Shown piece by piece: positions 1-12,670 of a DNA stretch of 64,000 nucleotides (position 1 is its first letter; every line of letters begins with the position of its first letter). Source of the DNA: Basidiobolus meristosporus CBS 931.73 (Eukaryota > Fungi > Basidiobolomycota); contig MCFE01000062.1 in the NCBI GenBank assembly GCA_002104905.1, forward strand, positions 124,001 through 188,000, read 5' to 3'. The translations under genes were made by a program, and so were the position numbers. The notes beneath the pieces are model-generated. The model did no database searches, was not told where the DNA came from, and saw only the letters and a list, made by a program, of their open reading frames with translations.

Positions 1-479
1 CATGTTTCAAATTACAGCTCATTTGAAGCAGTGCTTAAGGAGTTATGACCAAAAGAGTCCAATTATTGTATACACTAGGTCTCTAATGAACAGATTACTA
101 TGATGACTTTGATCACATGTAGCTTGTGAACCAGCCAGCCAAATCACGTGAGATCTTCACAGGTGCTGCACCAATGTCCAATCTGTGCCACTGCAAGATT
201 TTGGCTTTGTAGCACATATATTGCTTGCGCAATTGCCCAAGAACTTTGATCCTTCAGAATTTTCATATATTTGACTTCCCCAGCTGAAAAATAGGAGAGA
301 GCCTCTCTTTCCAGAATCTCCACACTACAATTACAAGTTTAACGGTTATAAGACTTCCCCTGCATCACTTGCACTGTTGAGTATTCTGACTTTGATTGGT
401 ACTACATTAGTAAAGAGACTGCAAAGCTCACAAAAATCCAATCTAAGTTCCACAAGAAACTTCCACTTTTCTGTTGGAA

Positions 480-665
480 AAGTCCCCTCTAAGAAACACC
501 TTTACTCTAAAGTCACCCCTTTAGACACCCCTTTAGTCTAAAGACCCCTTTAGAGACACCTTTAAGAAACCCCTTTACTCTAAAGAAGCCTGTTTACTCT
601 AAAGACACCCCTTCAGGTCTAAAGACCCCTTTAGAGACTTCTACAACACACCCCTTCAAATTAAA
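480..665. repeat. Degenerate short tandem repeat (ccctttagag / ctctaaagac motifs), TE-derived
   Basis: Repeated cccttt(a/t)gagacacc and actctaaagac(a)ccc motifs in a CpG-free block; parent element not identified. Confidence 0.6.
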
Positions 666-1179
666 GGGGAGTTCAGAATTTCCATATTAGGAAATATTTT
701 CTCAGCAAGCAAAGTGACTTCCAAATAAGGAAAAGTTACTATAAAATTAAATAAACCCATTAGTTGACAGAAGGTGAGAACACTGCTGTAGAAGTGATAA
801 ACACTGCCTATAGAATGTTTTGAGCCTAAGATTGAGGAAATTAGTGAAAGTTATATCTTCTATCAATATATCAAACTCCCAATAAACAATTTCAGTATTA
901 GCATACTGGAAGTTGTTGTATATTGTTGATTAGCCTCTGCATTATAGAACAAGCCCCAAACTAATCATAATACAACACAACAGATGCATGGCAGTTAGTA
1001 TGCAATTGCAGCAAGGTAAGTAAGCTTTACCCCATCAGCCATAATATGCGACTAATCAAAACTAAAGTCTCAAAATAGAGGGAACCTGTTAAAGCAAAAG
1101 CACTTAACTGTGCACAATGCATTTACTCTTCCAAAGTATCTTTACACTACTGACCAAGTTATACCCCTACAAGTCTTGA

Positions 1180-1531
1180 TATAAGAGTTGCAGAGGAATA
1201 GGGAGTTTAGTTAGTATTGTATTAAGTAAAACTTGAAATGATTTTTATTGAGGCTTCAGCAGCTCCTAGTATATATTTTGCCAGATCAATTGCTGACTAA
1301 TTGTATTGCCTAATGTAGGTTGTGGCTGATGATTCATTTGAGTGCATCATTGTCATCCAATAAAATCCTACTTAATATATATTTTTGTCTGATAAAGATC
1401 TGCTGATTCATTTGCTGAATAATGCTGCTGATTTGATAGATAGTAGTGACAAAGTGATAGGCTAAACATATAACTAATTGGTTTGGCTAAAAACTGATCT
1501 AACTAGAACATTCAAGTAATAGATAATAACA
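1180..1531 (-). mobile_element. Solo LTR of the Gypsy-1 family
   Basis: Aligns by eye along its length to the LTR at 2739-3092 (gccagatcaattgc...ctgatctaact...ataaca); no matching TSD seen. Confidence 0.85.
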
Positions 1532-1539
1532 ATACATAG

Positions 1540-2160
1540 GCCATTTCAAGCCAAATGTGCCCTTTGAGATACTAAGCAAGATATTAGAGAATATTTTCTA
1601 CCCTAAGTACTTCTCACAGGCTCCAATCAGCATTCATACACATATTGAACAATACCAGTGCAAGGACTGGATGAGCTGGATATGTATTTATTTCAGTGGC
1701 CTTCTGAAGCCATTTCTACCACAAGTATATTGGAAGCATTGGGAGTTATATGTGATCATAATATGAGTATTTATCCATAAGCAGATCCACAATGCTAACT
1801 TGACACATCTACAGCTTTTGTGCAAGGAGTTTGCAACTAGGTTTGTGCGGTTATACTACAAATATAAAGCTGAACATGAAGATTTCTGCCAACAATGTAT
1901 CCATTTGCTATTCCATCATGCTTGGAGTGTTGAGAATATTGGGCCTTGCTTCATCTTTTTGAAGTTTCCTATGGAGCATATGTGTGAGGAGATAGGAAGA
2001 CAAGTCAAATTGTAAGTACTATCATATTCCATTCTCATCAAGAATATTACCTTCAAGTGCATCATGGATGTGACAAGTTGGCACATGGATGGTAGCCAGG
2101 AAGAGCTGGAAAATACTGAGGACAGATGTGCACATGGAGTCACCTCTTCCTATGGCATTA
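1540..2160 (+). pseudogene. CACTA/EnSpm-type transposase fragment (C-terminal part)
   Basis: Frames with HWELYV and ENIGPCFIFLKFPMEHMCEEIGRQVKL (GP..W.FPMER.CG-like); homologous to 10260-10750 and 45990-46990; stops and frameshifts. Confidence 0.75.
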
Positions 2161-3102
2161 AGAAGCTAAGCAGCCCCAATGCATGAGTAATCAGTTAGGT
2201 AATGCAAAGTTGGGTTGGGTGCACCAAGCAACTAATGTTTATTAGGAAGACTTTGCCAAGGTATGCCAGATCTCTCTTGGTCACAAGCCAATTTCCACAC
2301 CATTCAGTACAGAATTCACACAAACAAGAGCCAGAGTGCACCTATAAGGGGGACTAGAATCCAGCAGGGAGATGGAATATATTGGCTCAATACCAAAAAG
2401 TTCTTTGCAGATATTCAGGAGGTATTCATATCAAAAGTGGCGGCAACCAACTATATATTTACAAGATGCATATGCTACCAGCAGTACTAGGTATATGGCA
2501 ACTTTGCAAGTATCACACAAAAAAGTTGTAAAGTTGAAGTGATAAAAGTATGTCAATTGTGGCAGGTGTGCATGTTTGTAGAGGTTAGTAAGCAGAAGGC
2601 CATAGGATTTTGATTTGAACTATATGTGGAATACTCAAGGTAGTAGTAAGTAGGCAAATAAAGAGGGGTGATTATATAGTGGAAAATACAGAGGTATGAA
2701 TCTACAATGGGATATATGAATTGTGCCAGGGGAGGTAGTGTTAGAGCTGTAGAGGAATAGGGAATTTAGCTAGTATTGTATTCACTAATACTTGAACTGA
2801 TTGTTGTTGAGGTTGCAGCAGCTCCTTATATACATTATTGTCAGATCAATTGCAAACTAATTCTATATCCTAATGTAGGCTGTGGCTGATGATTCATTTG
2901 ATTGCATCATCATCACCCAACAAGATCCACTTAATATATCTATTCTTGTCTGATAAGGATCTGCTGATTCATCTGCTGGCTAATGCTACTGATTTGATAG
3001 ATGACACTGATATACTGATAGGCTAAACATATAGCTAATTGATTTGACTAAAGACTGATCTAACTTAAACATTCAAGTGGTGGATCATAACATTCAGCCC
3101 TA

Positions 3103-6100
3103 CTAAAGCTGACAGTGTTTGCCTGAATCTCTATTCTTATGATACCAATATCTTGATGGTTCAGTATTGTTGGTAAGTCTTGCAAGCTTGAGTCTGTCTC
3201 TATGAACTAAATCTTCCCAGATATTCCCTTGTTTGTCCACTAGTTGGTAAGTTGCAAAAGAACATTTTCTGATGATTGTAAAAGGTCCTGTCCGTTGTGG
3301 CTTAAACTTCTTCCAAATATTGTTTCTCAGCAATCAAAGTTTCCAACTGTCAATGATTCTGGTGATATAGTCTTATCAGATCTCTGCTTCAGCTTTTCTG
3401 CAGTTTGAGATACTTTGGCCTGTGCCTCTGGACATCTTTGTTCCAGCTGTTGATGTCTACTTGGCTGACTGAGCTCATCTTCTAAGGCATCTGTAAGCTT
3501 TGGTTGTGTGCAATCTCCTGGAATCCTTGGTTCACATCCATACACTAAGTAAAATGGCAATTATTGGGTGGTGTTGTGTACTCTAACTTTGCATGCAAAG
3601 AGTGCTTGGTCTATATACTCATCCCATCAACTGACAGCTCCATTTACATACTTAGTCAGCATTTTTCCAAATAACTCATTAAACACTCAATGACTCCATT
3701 AGTTCTAGGGTGATATGCAAAGGTTTTCAAGTGTCTGATGTGCTGCATTTCCAGGTAAGCTTCCAATCTCTTTACCATTTGGTTTGCTCCTCTGTTGGAT
3801 AGAATCTCTACAGGGCATCCAAACTTCATAAGGATATCATGGTAGATGAAACTTGCACTCTTTGTTCACTGGCCACAAGTACTGCTTTTGCCACTGACCA
3901 TTGGGTGGCATGGTCAATTGCTACTAGGATCCAATGGTTGCATTTCCTGGTGGTTGGAAGTCTTCCAATAAAGTCAATTCCCCATCTTTCAAATGGTCTT
4001 ACTGGCTCCAAGGGAAAGATTTTGGCAATTTTCTGTGGTTGGCCCTGATTGATTTGGCAGTTTGGGCATGTTTTCACTGGCTTGTCAATGTCTTGTTTCA
4101 TTCTGGGCCACCATGCTCTGGCTTTCACAAAGCTATAGGTTCCTTCAATTCCAGGATGACCATATCCATTGTGTAGCTTATGTCTTCAATCCAGGCAAGA
4201 AACACAAGGGCAATAGGCAATAGGGCTCCCATCAACAATTTGATAGAGTATTTCATCCTGTACCACAAATTTTTTGGCTTCATCCCAGATTATCTTCTTG
4301 ATCTCTTCATCCACCTCATTATGAATGGCATGGTCCTCCAAGTACTTTGGGAATAGGCTATGCCAATATGATTCATGCACCCAGTTAAGTTGTGCAACTT
4401 GTTCTAATCTTGATAAGGCATCAGCAACTGTGTTGTTTTTCCTAGGGGAGTAGACAATCTTGAGGTCAAATTGCTGAATGTATTCACTCCATCTTGTCAT
4501 TCCTCTAGAGAGTACCTTCTGAGTAAATATATACTTGAGGGAGGCATGATCAGTCTTCATGGTGTATTTGACTCCTTCAAAATAGCATATCCATGTCTTC
4601 AAACAGTGTATTATAGCAAGCATCTCCTTCTCATGCACTGAATAGTTTTGTCCTGCTGAGTTCAGTTTCTTGGATTTGAAGGCAACTGGGTAGTCCTTTC
4701 CCTTGTGTTCTTGGCTCAACACTCCACCAATTGCATAATCCTAAGCATCTGTGCACTCAGTGAACTCTTTTTGCAAGTCAGGAATTCTTAAGCTTTGCAG
4801 CTTAGGAAGTTTATTCTTGAGCATCTGGAAGGCAGTCTCACAAGCTATGTCCCACTTGTAGGTATTATCTTTCTTGAGGATATCAGTTAAAGGGACTGCA
4901 ATATTTGCAAAGGACTTGACAAATCTCCAATAATAGGAAGCCATTCCAAGGAATGATCTGAGTTCTGATATGCTATGGGGCTGCTTCAGATTCTGGATAA
5001 CTTCAGCCTTCTTAAGGTCTAAAGTCACTCCTTTGCCAGTCACTATGTGTCCCAGATATTCAACATGTTCCTTGAAGAATTCACACTTGGCTAGCTTGCC
5101 ATATAGATTGTTCTCTCTTAGCTTCTTCAAGACCTTTTCAATGTTCACCACATGATCCTTGTTTGTCTTGCTGTATATCAATATGTCATCTAGGTTGACT
5201 ATCACAAACTTGTCTAAGTACTTGTGAAAGACAGCCAGCATCAGGGTCATGAATGTTGAAGGGGAACTGGTGAGGCCAAAACTCATTATTAAGTACTTGT
5301 AATGTCCATATCTAGTCCTGAATGCTGTCTTAGGGATGTCTTCTGGCTTCACCCTAATCTGGTTGTATCCTGACATGAGGTCAATTTTGCTGAATATAGT
5401 GGCTCTGTTGAGTTGGTCCAAAAGCTCATCAATCTAAGGTATGTGGTGCTCATTCTTCACAGTAACTAAGTTGAGGGCTCTGTAGTCAATGCACATCCTA
5501 AGTGTTCCATTCTTCTTCTTCACAAGAAGTGCTGGTGCTCCCCAAGGTGACTTGCTTGGTCTGATATATCCTTGCTCCATTAACTGATCTATTTGCCACT
5601 TAATCTCTTCCAATTCCAATGGACTCATTCTGTAAGGTGTCTTACTCACTGGAGGGCTATCTCCTGTGTCAATGGCATGATCTACATCTCTGACTGGTGG
5701 TAGGCTTACAAGTTCTTCTGGAAATTTGTCTGAATATTCCTTCAAGAGAGTCTGGACCTTCTGGGGTACTAGAGTAGAGAAATCCTCCTGTAATACTGCC
5801 ATAAGGAACATCTGGGTGTCTTTTCTAAGTACTCTACAGAACTGCGTCTTGCTAAGCTCACTTGTTTCACATGCACTGGAATTGACCAAGTTGAAATCCA
5901 GTCTGGCAGGTAATAGCTCATAGGTCTTGTTGTTCTTCTGGATCTGAGTAGCATGGGTTCTCCAGTTAATTGATGGATTACAACAAAATAGGCAGGTTTT
6001 TCCAAGTACATGGTCAAACATGCAGTTCCCAAATATATAGGCCTGTAGGTCTTCTTTATAGTCATGGATCTTCATCCTTACTGGCTGAGTAATACGGTTG

Positions 6101-6312
6101 ATTATATGAGAGTTCCAATCAGCTGTTGATACTGAAGTTGATTTAGTGGGTTCCAAGTTGATTCCAGCTTTTGGAGCAAATTGCTCTGACATGTACTCAT
6201 GTGATGCTCCTGAGTCAATCATGATCTTGGCAGGTACTCCATTGATTACTGCATTCAAATATAGTAGCTTTCCTGAGTTTGAGGTCACCTGAGATAGGTA
6301 TTCTTCTGTCAT
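3103..6312 (-). pseudogene. Gypsy-1 pol remnants: protease, reverse transcriptase, RNase H, integrase
   Basis: IDSGAS protease (5434-6312); [30 protein letters not shown] and VNLDDILI RT (4741-5650); NYSVHEKEMLAI and VADALSR RH (4186-4722); PFERWGIDFIG and GPFTI integrase (3103-4128); split by stops and frameshifts. Confidence 0.92.
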
Positions 6313-6438
6313 ATGGAAGGTGAGTTCTGACTCCTCTTCAAGTTCATCCTCAGTGTTACTGTGCTCAAGGGCTTCAATATGGTTGAAGTATCTTGAAGGC
6401 TGGTGTTCATTTCTTCTCCAAGGGCAGTACTTTGCAAT

Positions 6439-6649
6439 AGACTTGTTCCATCATTCCAGCTGATCATAGTGCCCAATAGTGCCATAGCATGCCAGATGGT
6501 GCCTGATCATGCTACAGAGTGCCAGATGGTGCCATACAGTGCCAATTTGGGATCAAAATTGACATGCATATGACCCTAAAATATCAAATTAATAACAAAA
6601 TATACAGCACTTTCTGGCTCTATGATCAATGGCACAATGGAACAAGTCT
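6439..6649. mobile_element. MITE with 13-bp TIR AGACTTGTTCCAT and AAT TSD, inserted in the Gypsy-1 gag zinc knuckle
   Basis: TIRs at both ends; aat at 6436-6438 and 6650-6652; removal restores minus-strand GHIAKYCP; subterminal gtgcca repeats. Confidence 0.85.
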
Positions 6650-6765
6650 AATATGTCCCTGCATTATTGCCAGATCAATTGCTGACTAATTGTATTTCCA
6701 AATGCAGGTTGTGGCTGATGACTCATTTGATTGCATCATCATCACCCAACAAGATCCTACTTAAT

Positions 6766-7495
6766 AGACTTGTTCCATTGGATAGTGCCACATTGAGCCA
6801 TGAGTGCCAAATGATGCCACAGTGTGCCAAGGAGACCAGGTGAGCCCATACTTGGCCACAGAGTGAGAAACATAGCTCTGCATCTTCATGCAAAGCAGCC
6901 CTTGTGTTTCACCCATTGAGCTGGAGAAAAATCATTTTTGACCCTTTTTTTTGAATCAATGTTGCGCAGGATGTTTAAGAGCACAAAAATTGAAGCCATG
7001 CATTGGGTACTCAATACCCATGGCACTCTGAGTCCTGCTCCTGTAGCTTGTATCATGTCACAAAAATGCATGGCACTATCTTGGTCTACAGGTTCTATCA
7101 GGCACTACATTTAAATATCAGCCCTAAAGTAAAGCCTATATAAAGCACTTATAGTTCCAGATAGTTCCAGTGGACCAAGATAGTCCCATGCATTTTTGTG
7201 GACATGATACAAGCCACAGGAGCTAGATTCAGAGTGCCAGGGGTATTGAGTATCAGATGCATGTCTTCAGTTTTTCTGTGCTCTCACACATCCTGAACAA
7301 GCTGATCCAAAAAAAAAGTCAAAGAATGGATTTTCTCCAGCACAATGGGTGAAACACAGGGGCTGCTTTGCATGAAGATGAGGAGTCATGTATCACACTC
7401 TGTGGCCAAGTTTAGGTCTGTTATACCTTTCTGGCATATAATGGCACTATTTGGCACCCATGATTGAATGTGGGACTATTCAATGGAACAAGTCT
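6766..7495. mobile_element. Foldback-like MITE with about 330-bp inverted arms, same TIR, AAT TSD, inserted in the Gypsy-1 5' LTR
   Basis: Arms about 6766-7100 and 7155-7495 are reverse complements by eye; aat at 6763-6765 and 7496-7498; removal restores LTR sequence cttaatatac. Confidence 0.88.
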
Positions 7496-7699
7496 AATAT
7501 ACTATTCCTGTCTGCTAAGGATCTGCTGATTCATCTGATGACTAATACTACTGGTTTGATATATTACACTGATATACTTATAGGCTCAACATATAACTAA
7601 TTGATTTGACTTAAAACTGATCTAACTTAAACATTCAAGTGGTAGATCATAACAGTAGAAAAGGAAAATAGTGTTTGGTAAATTTGTATGGTAGCAATA

Positions 7700-10102
7700 T
7701 ACAGAACTAGCTGTTATGATGTTGTCTTTTAATAAGGTTTCAATTGTCTCTTTGATATAGTCCATGTCAATCTTTAAGTTCCTGTATGCTTTTTGCTTGA
7801 TGGGAAATCTGTTGGCAAGGTGGATTTGCTGATATCCCCCAGGCATATGGCCAATTAATTGGTTCTTAGAGAATACTTGGGCAAGCAGGCATATTCCTTC
7901 TAGGAACTTGTCTTGTAATGCAGGCAGTAGACTGGGATCCACATCTAGTTTGGGGAGTCTTTCTTCTGGTTCCTTGTTTGTATGTAGTCCTTGGTTGTTT
8001 CCGTCAACTTCCTCTAGGTTTAACAATTGTACTCCTCTAGGTAATGTCACCATGTGTTGCCCATTGTAAACAATTAAGCACTTCAGACATTGCATTTCAA
8101 ATTTTGGCAGTATCCATACTTCAGTGATCAAGATTCCTTCCTGTTGCTTGGATGCCTTTGTTGCAGTTATCATTCTTCCACTTGTCAAATAAGCTATTGG
8201 TGTCTCTAATGAGATCACCATCTCACTGGCAGGTGGTATTTTCAACACCTTTTGTGTGATGATCAGAGACTGCAATGGTTTCACCTCTTCAATTGCCACA
8301 CTGTTGCTATGCACCTTGCTCTCATTGGTAATATGAATCAGTGGGATACTCTTGGTATCCCACCTGAGTTCAGATGCACTGTAGAGTATGTCCATCTTAT
8401 GTTGGATAAACCAACTCTTGCCAATGAGTAAGTTGTTGGCTGCAAGAGGTAGGACCACAACATCTTGGTGTATAATCAAGTTGCCTAGCCAGATGGGGCA
8501 ATTAGGCACCACTCCTACTGTTGTGTCCAGTTGGTCATTTGCTAGCTGTACCCCAATGGTGTCATTGGGGACTATATATAACTTTAGATGTTTTGCTAAT
8601 GAATCCAACATGATCAACATAGAGGATCCTGTGTCAATAAGGGCAAGAATCTCCTTATTCTCTATATGTACCGTTACATATATATCTTTATTCCATTTTT
8701 GTAGAACCATCTGGTTGACATGAAGGGTTGCTATCTCCTTCAATCCCTCTATCAGTTCCTTGACTAGAGTGGGGCAAGTCCCAGTAAATTGGTTATTGGG
8801 AGAGTTGTCTTGGTTTGCTCTAGTACCTTCATTATTGGGAATAGGCCATGGGAAGATGTACTAGCATTCTTTGTTTGCTTCAACACTTTTTCCCAAGGCT
8901 CATTCTGTACTTCTTCACCTAATTCTGCACTCTTTCCTTTTGACAGAACCTCTACTACAGGTTTCTTTGCCTCCACTCTATAAGCATCATGTTGACGCTT
9001 CTTCTTCTGCACTTTGACTGTTCTGACCAGAGAGCTTAGACTGACTGAGTCCCATTGGCCTTATGACAAGTGACTCTGTCTTTTGATGCCTTCTTCTCTT
9101 TGGTGTCTGGTATGGGTTCTTGTCCATGCCATTTTTCACATTTGTGGGCTTAGTGGCCTACTTCTCCACATATATAACATGGGTACTGTTGTTACGGTTG
9201 TTCCATCTGTTGGTTCAGGGCTTGTACCTGGGCCTTTAGATCTACAACAGCTTCCCAGAGTTCATCACATTCTTTGGGAACTTCTTGGACATTGTTGATT
9301 GAGAGTTCTTGAACATTTTCCTGTAATACCTGTAACTCACGGTCTTTTGGGGAAGCATTCTTCCTTTCTTACAGGGGATCCCTGTCCTTCAATTATTTGT
9401 ATCACTATAGGGTAGACCCCATAGTAAGATGACCCCCTATGTCTTACTTCATTGTCTAAGCCCTGGATGTAATAGCTAATAAGCTGTTGTTTGGCAATTT
9501 TGTCCTTTGGAAGACATCAAACTTGTTGGAGAAACAGTTCAGTGTAGGCTTCATAGCTCTCACTGCTTTTCTTCTGTGAGGACAGTAGAAGGGCTTTGCA
9601 GTGGCATCCTTTGGCATATAGAAAGTTTGTCTTGTAGGCTTCTTCTAGTGCATCCCAGTTGTCTTTAACTGCATCTTCCAACCCATAATGCCATTGCCAT
9701 GCTGATCCTGCCATAGGTTTGCAAACTCCCTTACTTTCTTATTGTTGTCCCATCCTGCATCAACCTCAACTCTCTCAAACTTATCAAATCACTCAAGGAC
9801 TTTCACTCTCTTTCCCTTGTACACTTTTAGTTTGATTGTAGTAGTCATTACCTCACTTGTGCTTATTTCTGCAGAGGCAGCACCAAATATGTGGGTTATT
9901 ACTGACTGTACTTGGCAAGTAGGAGAGCTTGTAGGTCAAGTCAGTGCCACTTGGTTCAGAATAGCTTCCAATAGAAGGTAGCAAGGTAATAAAGACTTGT
10001 GTTTATTCCATCCAAATCTTCCTGTCCTCTCACTTGGATATATATATATCACTTGGGGGGCTTAGATAATACATAATGTGTTATAAAATAAGGGTGTGAA
10101 CA
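7700..10102 (-). mobile_element. Second Ty3/Gypsy family (Gypsy-2): gag, protease and start of RT; 3'-truncated
   Basis: ORF 7622-8743 with LIDTGSS protease and PIKQKAYR pre-RT motif; gag-like MAGSAWQW...NWDALEEAY at 9517-9714; putative short LTR about 9975-10102. Confidence 0.8.
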
Positions 10103-10259
10103 CCTTCATGTTGTGGTTAGTGTTCTAACTAGATAAGGGCAGGAATAGGAGGAAGGATGCTTGGGGGAATCATAGAGAGGATACTGCCGGACTTTGGGTA
10201 GGACTTTGGGTAGGACTCTGGGGAGAACTCTGGGGCAAAGAGTGGGTACTACATTTAGT

Positions 10260-12448
10260 ACTCACATCAGTGTCTCCATGTGTTCATTTGTCCTCAGTAT
10301 TTTCCAACTCTTTCTGGCTGTCCTCCATGTTCCAACTCATCACATCTATGACAGACTTGAAGGTGATATCCTTGATGAGATTGGGATATGGTAGTACTTG
10401 CAACTTGACTTGTCTTCCTATCCCCCCACACATCTGCTCCATAGGAAACTCCCAAAAGGTGAAGCAAGGCCCAATATTCTCCACACACCATGCAAGATGG
10501 AGTAGAGAATGGATACAGTAGTGGCAGAGATCTACGTGTTCAGCTTTATGTTTGTAGTATAGCCACTCAAATCATACCACAAACTCCTCACACAACAGCT
10601 GTAGATGCATCAAGTGGGCATTGGTGATCCACTTCTGGATAAAAACTCCTACAATGTCCACATATGACTCCCAATGCTTCCAATGTACTCTGGGTAGGAA
10701 TGGCTTCAGAACACCACTTGAATAAATACATATCCAGTTTATTGAGCCTTTGCATTTGTATTGTTAAATATGCATATGAATATTAATTGTTGCGCATAAG
10801 AAGTACTTAGAGTAGTGGATACTGTGTAATATCTTGCCAGTTTTTTCAAATTTCTCCCATATCTCAAAGGGCTCATTTAGCTTGAAATGCACCATGTAGA
10901 ACTTGGTCATCAGTATAGGGATATTGTTGAAAAGCCAATGCATTGCTCCCAGTGGAAAGCTTTTGCTCCAACAGATACCATCTACCCTAAGTATCTCTGG
11001 TTTCCAATTGATTCCATATTCTGGCCAGTGGCTTATAGCTTGCCAACTTTGCTGCAATTGCATGCTTACTTCTTTATGTTCTCTCTGTGGAGAGGTTATG
11101 TTCTTAGTGCTGGTGTTTGGGTAATAATAATGTGTGTGAGTTATAGAGTTAATCCCCTGGATCTCACACATTCAACAGCAATTCTCTCCATTTTGCCCAC
11201 AAAAACCTGCTATCTTGCTGATGGCTGGGGTTTCTCCAATGCAGATAATAATATATGCTTTTACATGACGGCCATCTACCACTATCCTGCTGGAGAGCGT
11301 ACAAAACTCATCCAGCAATGGATACAGGTATCTATCCAGGCTGGACGGAGATTTAGGCCCAGATATCAGTGAGACTACCATCAGATTATTGCTCTGATAC
11401 TGTAAGATGGGCAGCAGATTCAGATTGATGAGAATCAGTGGCCAGCAGGATTTACTGGTGGAGTACTTTTTAATGAGAATCCATCAAGTACTAAAGCAAA
11501 GTCATGATCATACATACCTTCAAATTAGCCCTTACTTCTTAGCTGTTTGTAATGTTTGCCATGAGATATATTGGATATGTTAGTGCTTGATTGATACTGA
11601 GTGTGGTACTGTATAGCTTTACAATATTTGGTGGACTGCATCAGCTTCCTCAGAAGGGGTATGCCTGGAATATATCTGGAGTGTAAACAATGTTTTCCCT
11701 CAATGGTGGTGGATTCCTGACTATATGGACATGTTGCAATAGTAGCAGTTTTGGATGTGAATGCCATGCAACTGTTAACACATGCTGGAATCAGGACAGT
11801 CTCTGGATCATATGTTGCCAGCCACATGATGGTTGTCCACTTGTACCATGTACATAGTTAGTAGCATCCAGGTATGATTTTGGCAAGAAGTAATAATAAA
11901 TCCTCAAAGCCCCCATTACTGATATTAGTGGAAATGTGCCACTTCTCTAGCCACAACATTATATCATTCACCAGAAGATGGATTACTGGGCTCACTTGGC
12001 TCCATAAAGTATCCTTGGCATTTGTTTCAATGGGTGTTCTCTCATTACATATAGGGATTTGACCAGGCTCATATGTGGCACTGTTGTTAGGGGAGATAGG
12101 CTCAAAATCCATCAGTGAACCTTCTTTGTCAGAGCTACCATTCTGTGTGCCATATTCAGAAGGCTAAGGTGAGCCTAAAGGCATCACAAACTCACCTGAC
12201 TCAGTTTGTGCAAGGTGACAAAGACAGCCAGGTGCCAATATAGAAGTATTAACTGGCTGGCAAGATAATGCTGGTACAGTAATGACCAATGAAAGGTCAA
12301 ATATGACTTGGGTGGCAAATGACTGTCCATGATCCTTGTAATACTTCCTATGCTGTCTGTGTGCTTCATGACTGAGAGGCTTGCCACAATAGCCACATGG
12401 TCTTTTTTCACTTCTCTTACAGTGTTGAGTCAAATTAGTCTTGTCCAT
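10260..12448 (-). pseudogene. CACTA/EnSpm (Transposase_21-like) transposase, disrupted
   Basis: CGYCGKPLSHEAHRQH zinc finger; CVNSCMAF..CPY..HSRYIP; SLISGPKSPSSLDRYLYPLLDE; IGETPAISKIAGFCGQNG; KSFPLGAMHWLFNNI; ENIGPCFTFWEFPMEQMCG; many stops. Confidence 0.8.
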
Positions 12449-12670
12449 GGGGCAAAAAGCTTGACCTTCAACAGCATAATGCTATTATATCACTTTTTGG
12501 TCAGCACTCATGTGAACTTAAGACAGTCTTGTATTTGAGGCTCTGCACCTACATGAATGTAAGATTCAATGATGACCTGCTATAGTAAGCATTATAAATA
12601 AAGTTGTGGCACCACATACACCTGTATATGTAACACTATTTCCCCTTTGGTTTGACTCACTTCCATATAT

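Larger units (their letters stand above)
2739..7654 (-). mobile_element. Ty3/Gypsy LTR retrotransposon (Gypsy-1), degenerate, gag and part of the 5' LTR deleted
   Basis: TG..CA LTR at 2739-3092; partial second LTR at 6661-7654; 4-bp TSD GTAG at 2735-2738 and 7655-7658; PR-RT-RH-IN order on the minus strand. Confidence 0.92.

Noticed and set aside
6437-6651. Academ-type TAG..CTA termini for the MITEs
   Set aside because: With those ends the flanks give no 3-4 bp duplication; AG..CT ends give a clean AAT at both insertions
10190-10240. 12-bp tandem repeat (GRTL x3-4 ORF)
   Set aside because: Low-complexity tail of the CACTA remnant; no independent significance
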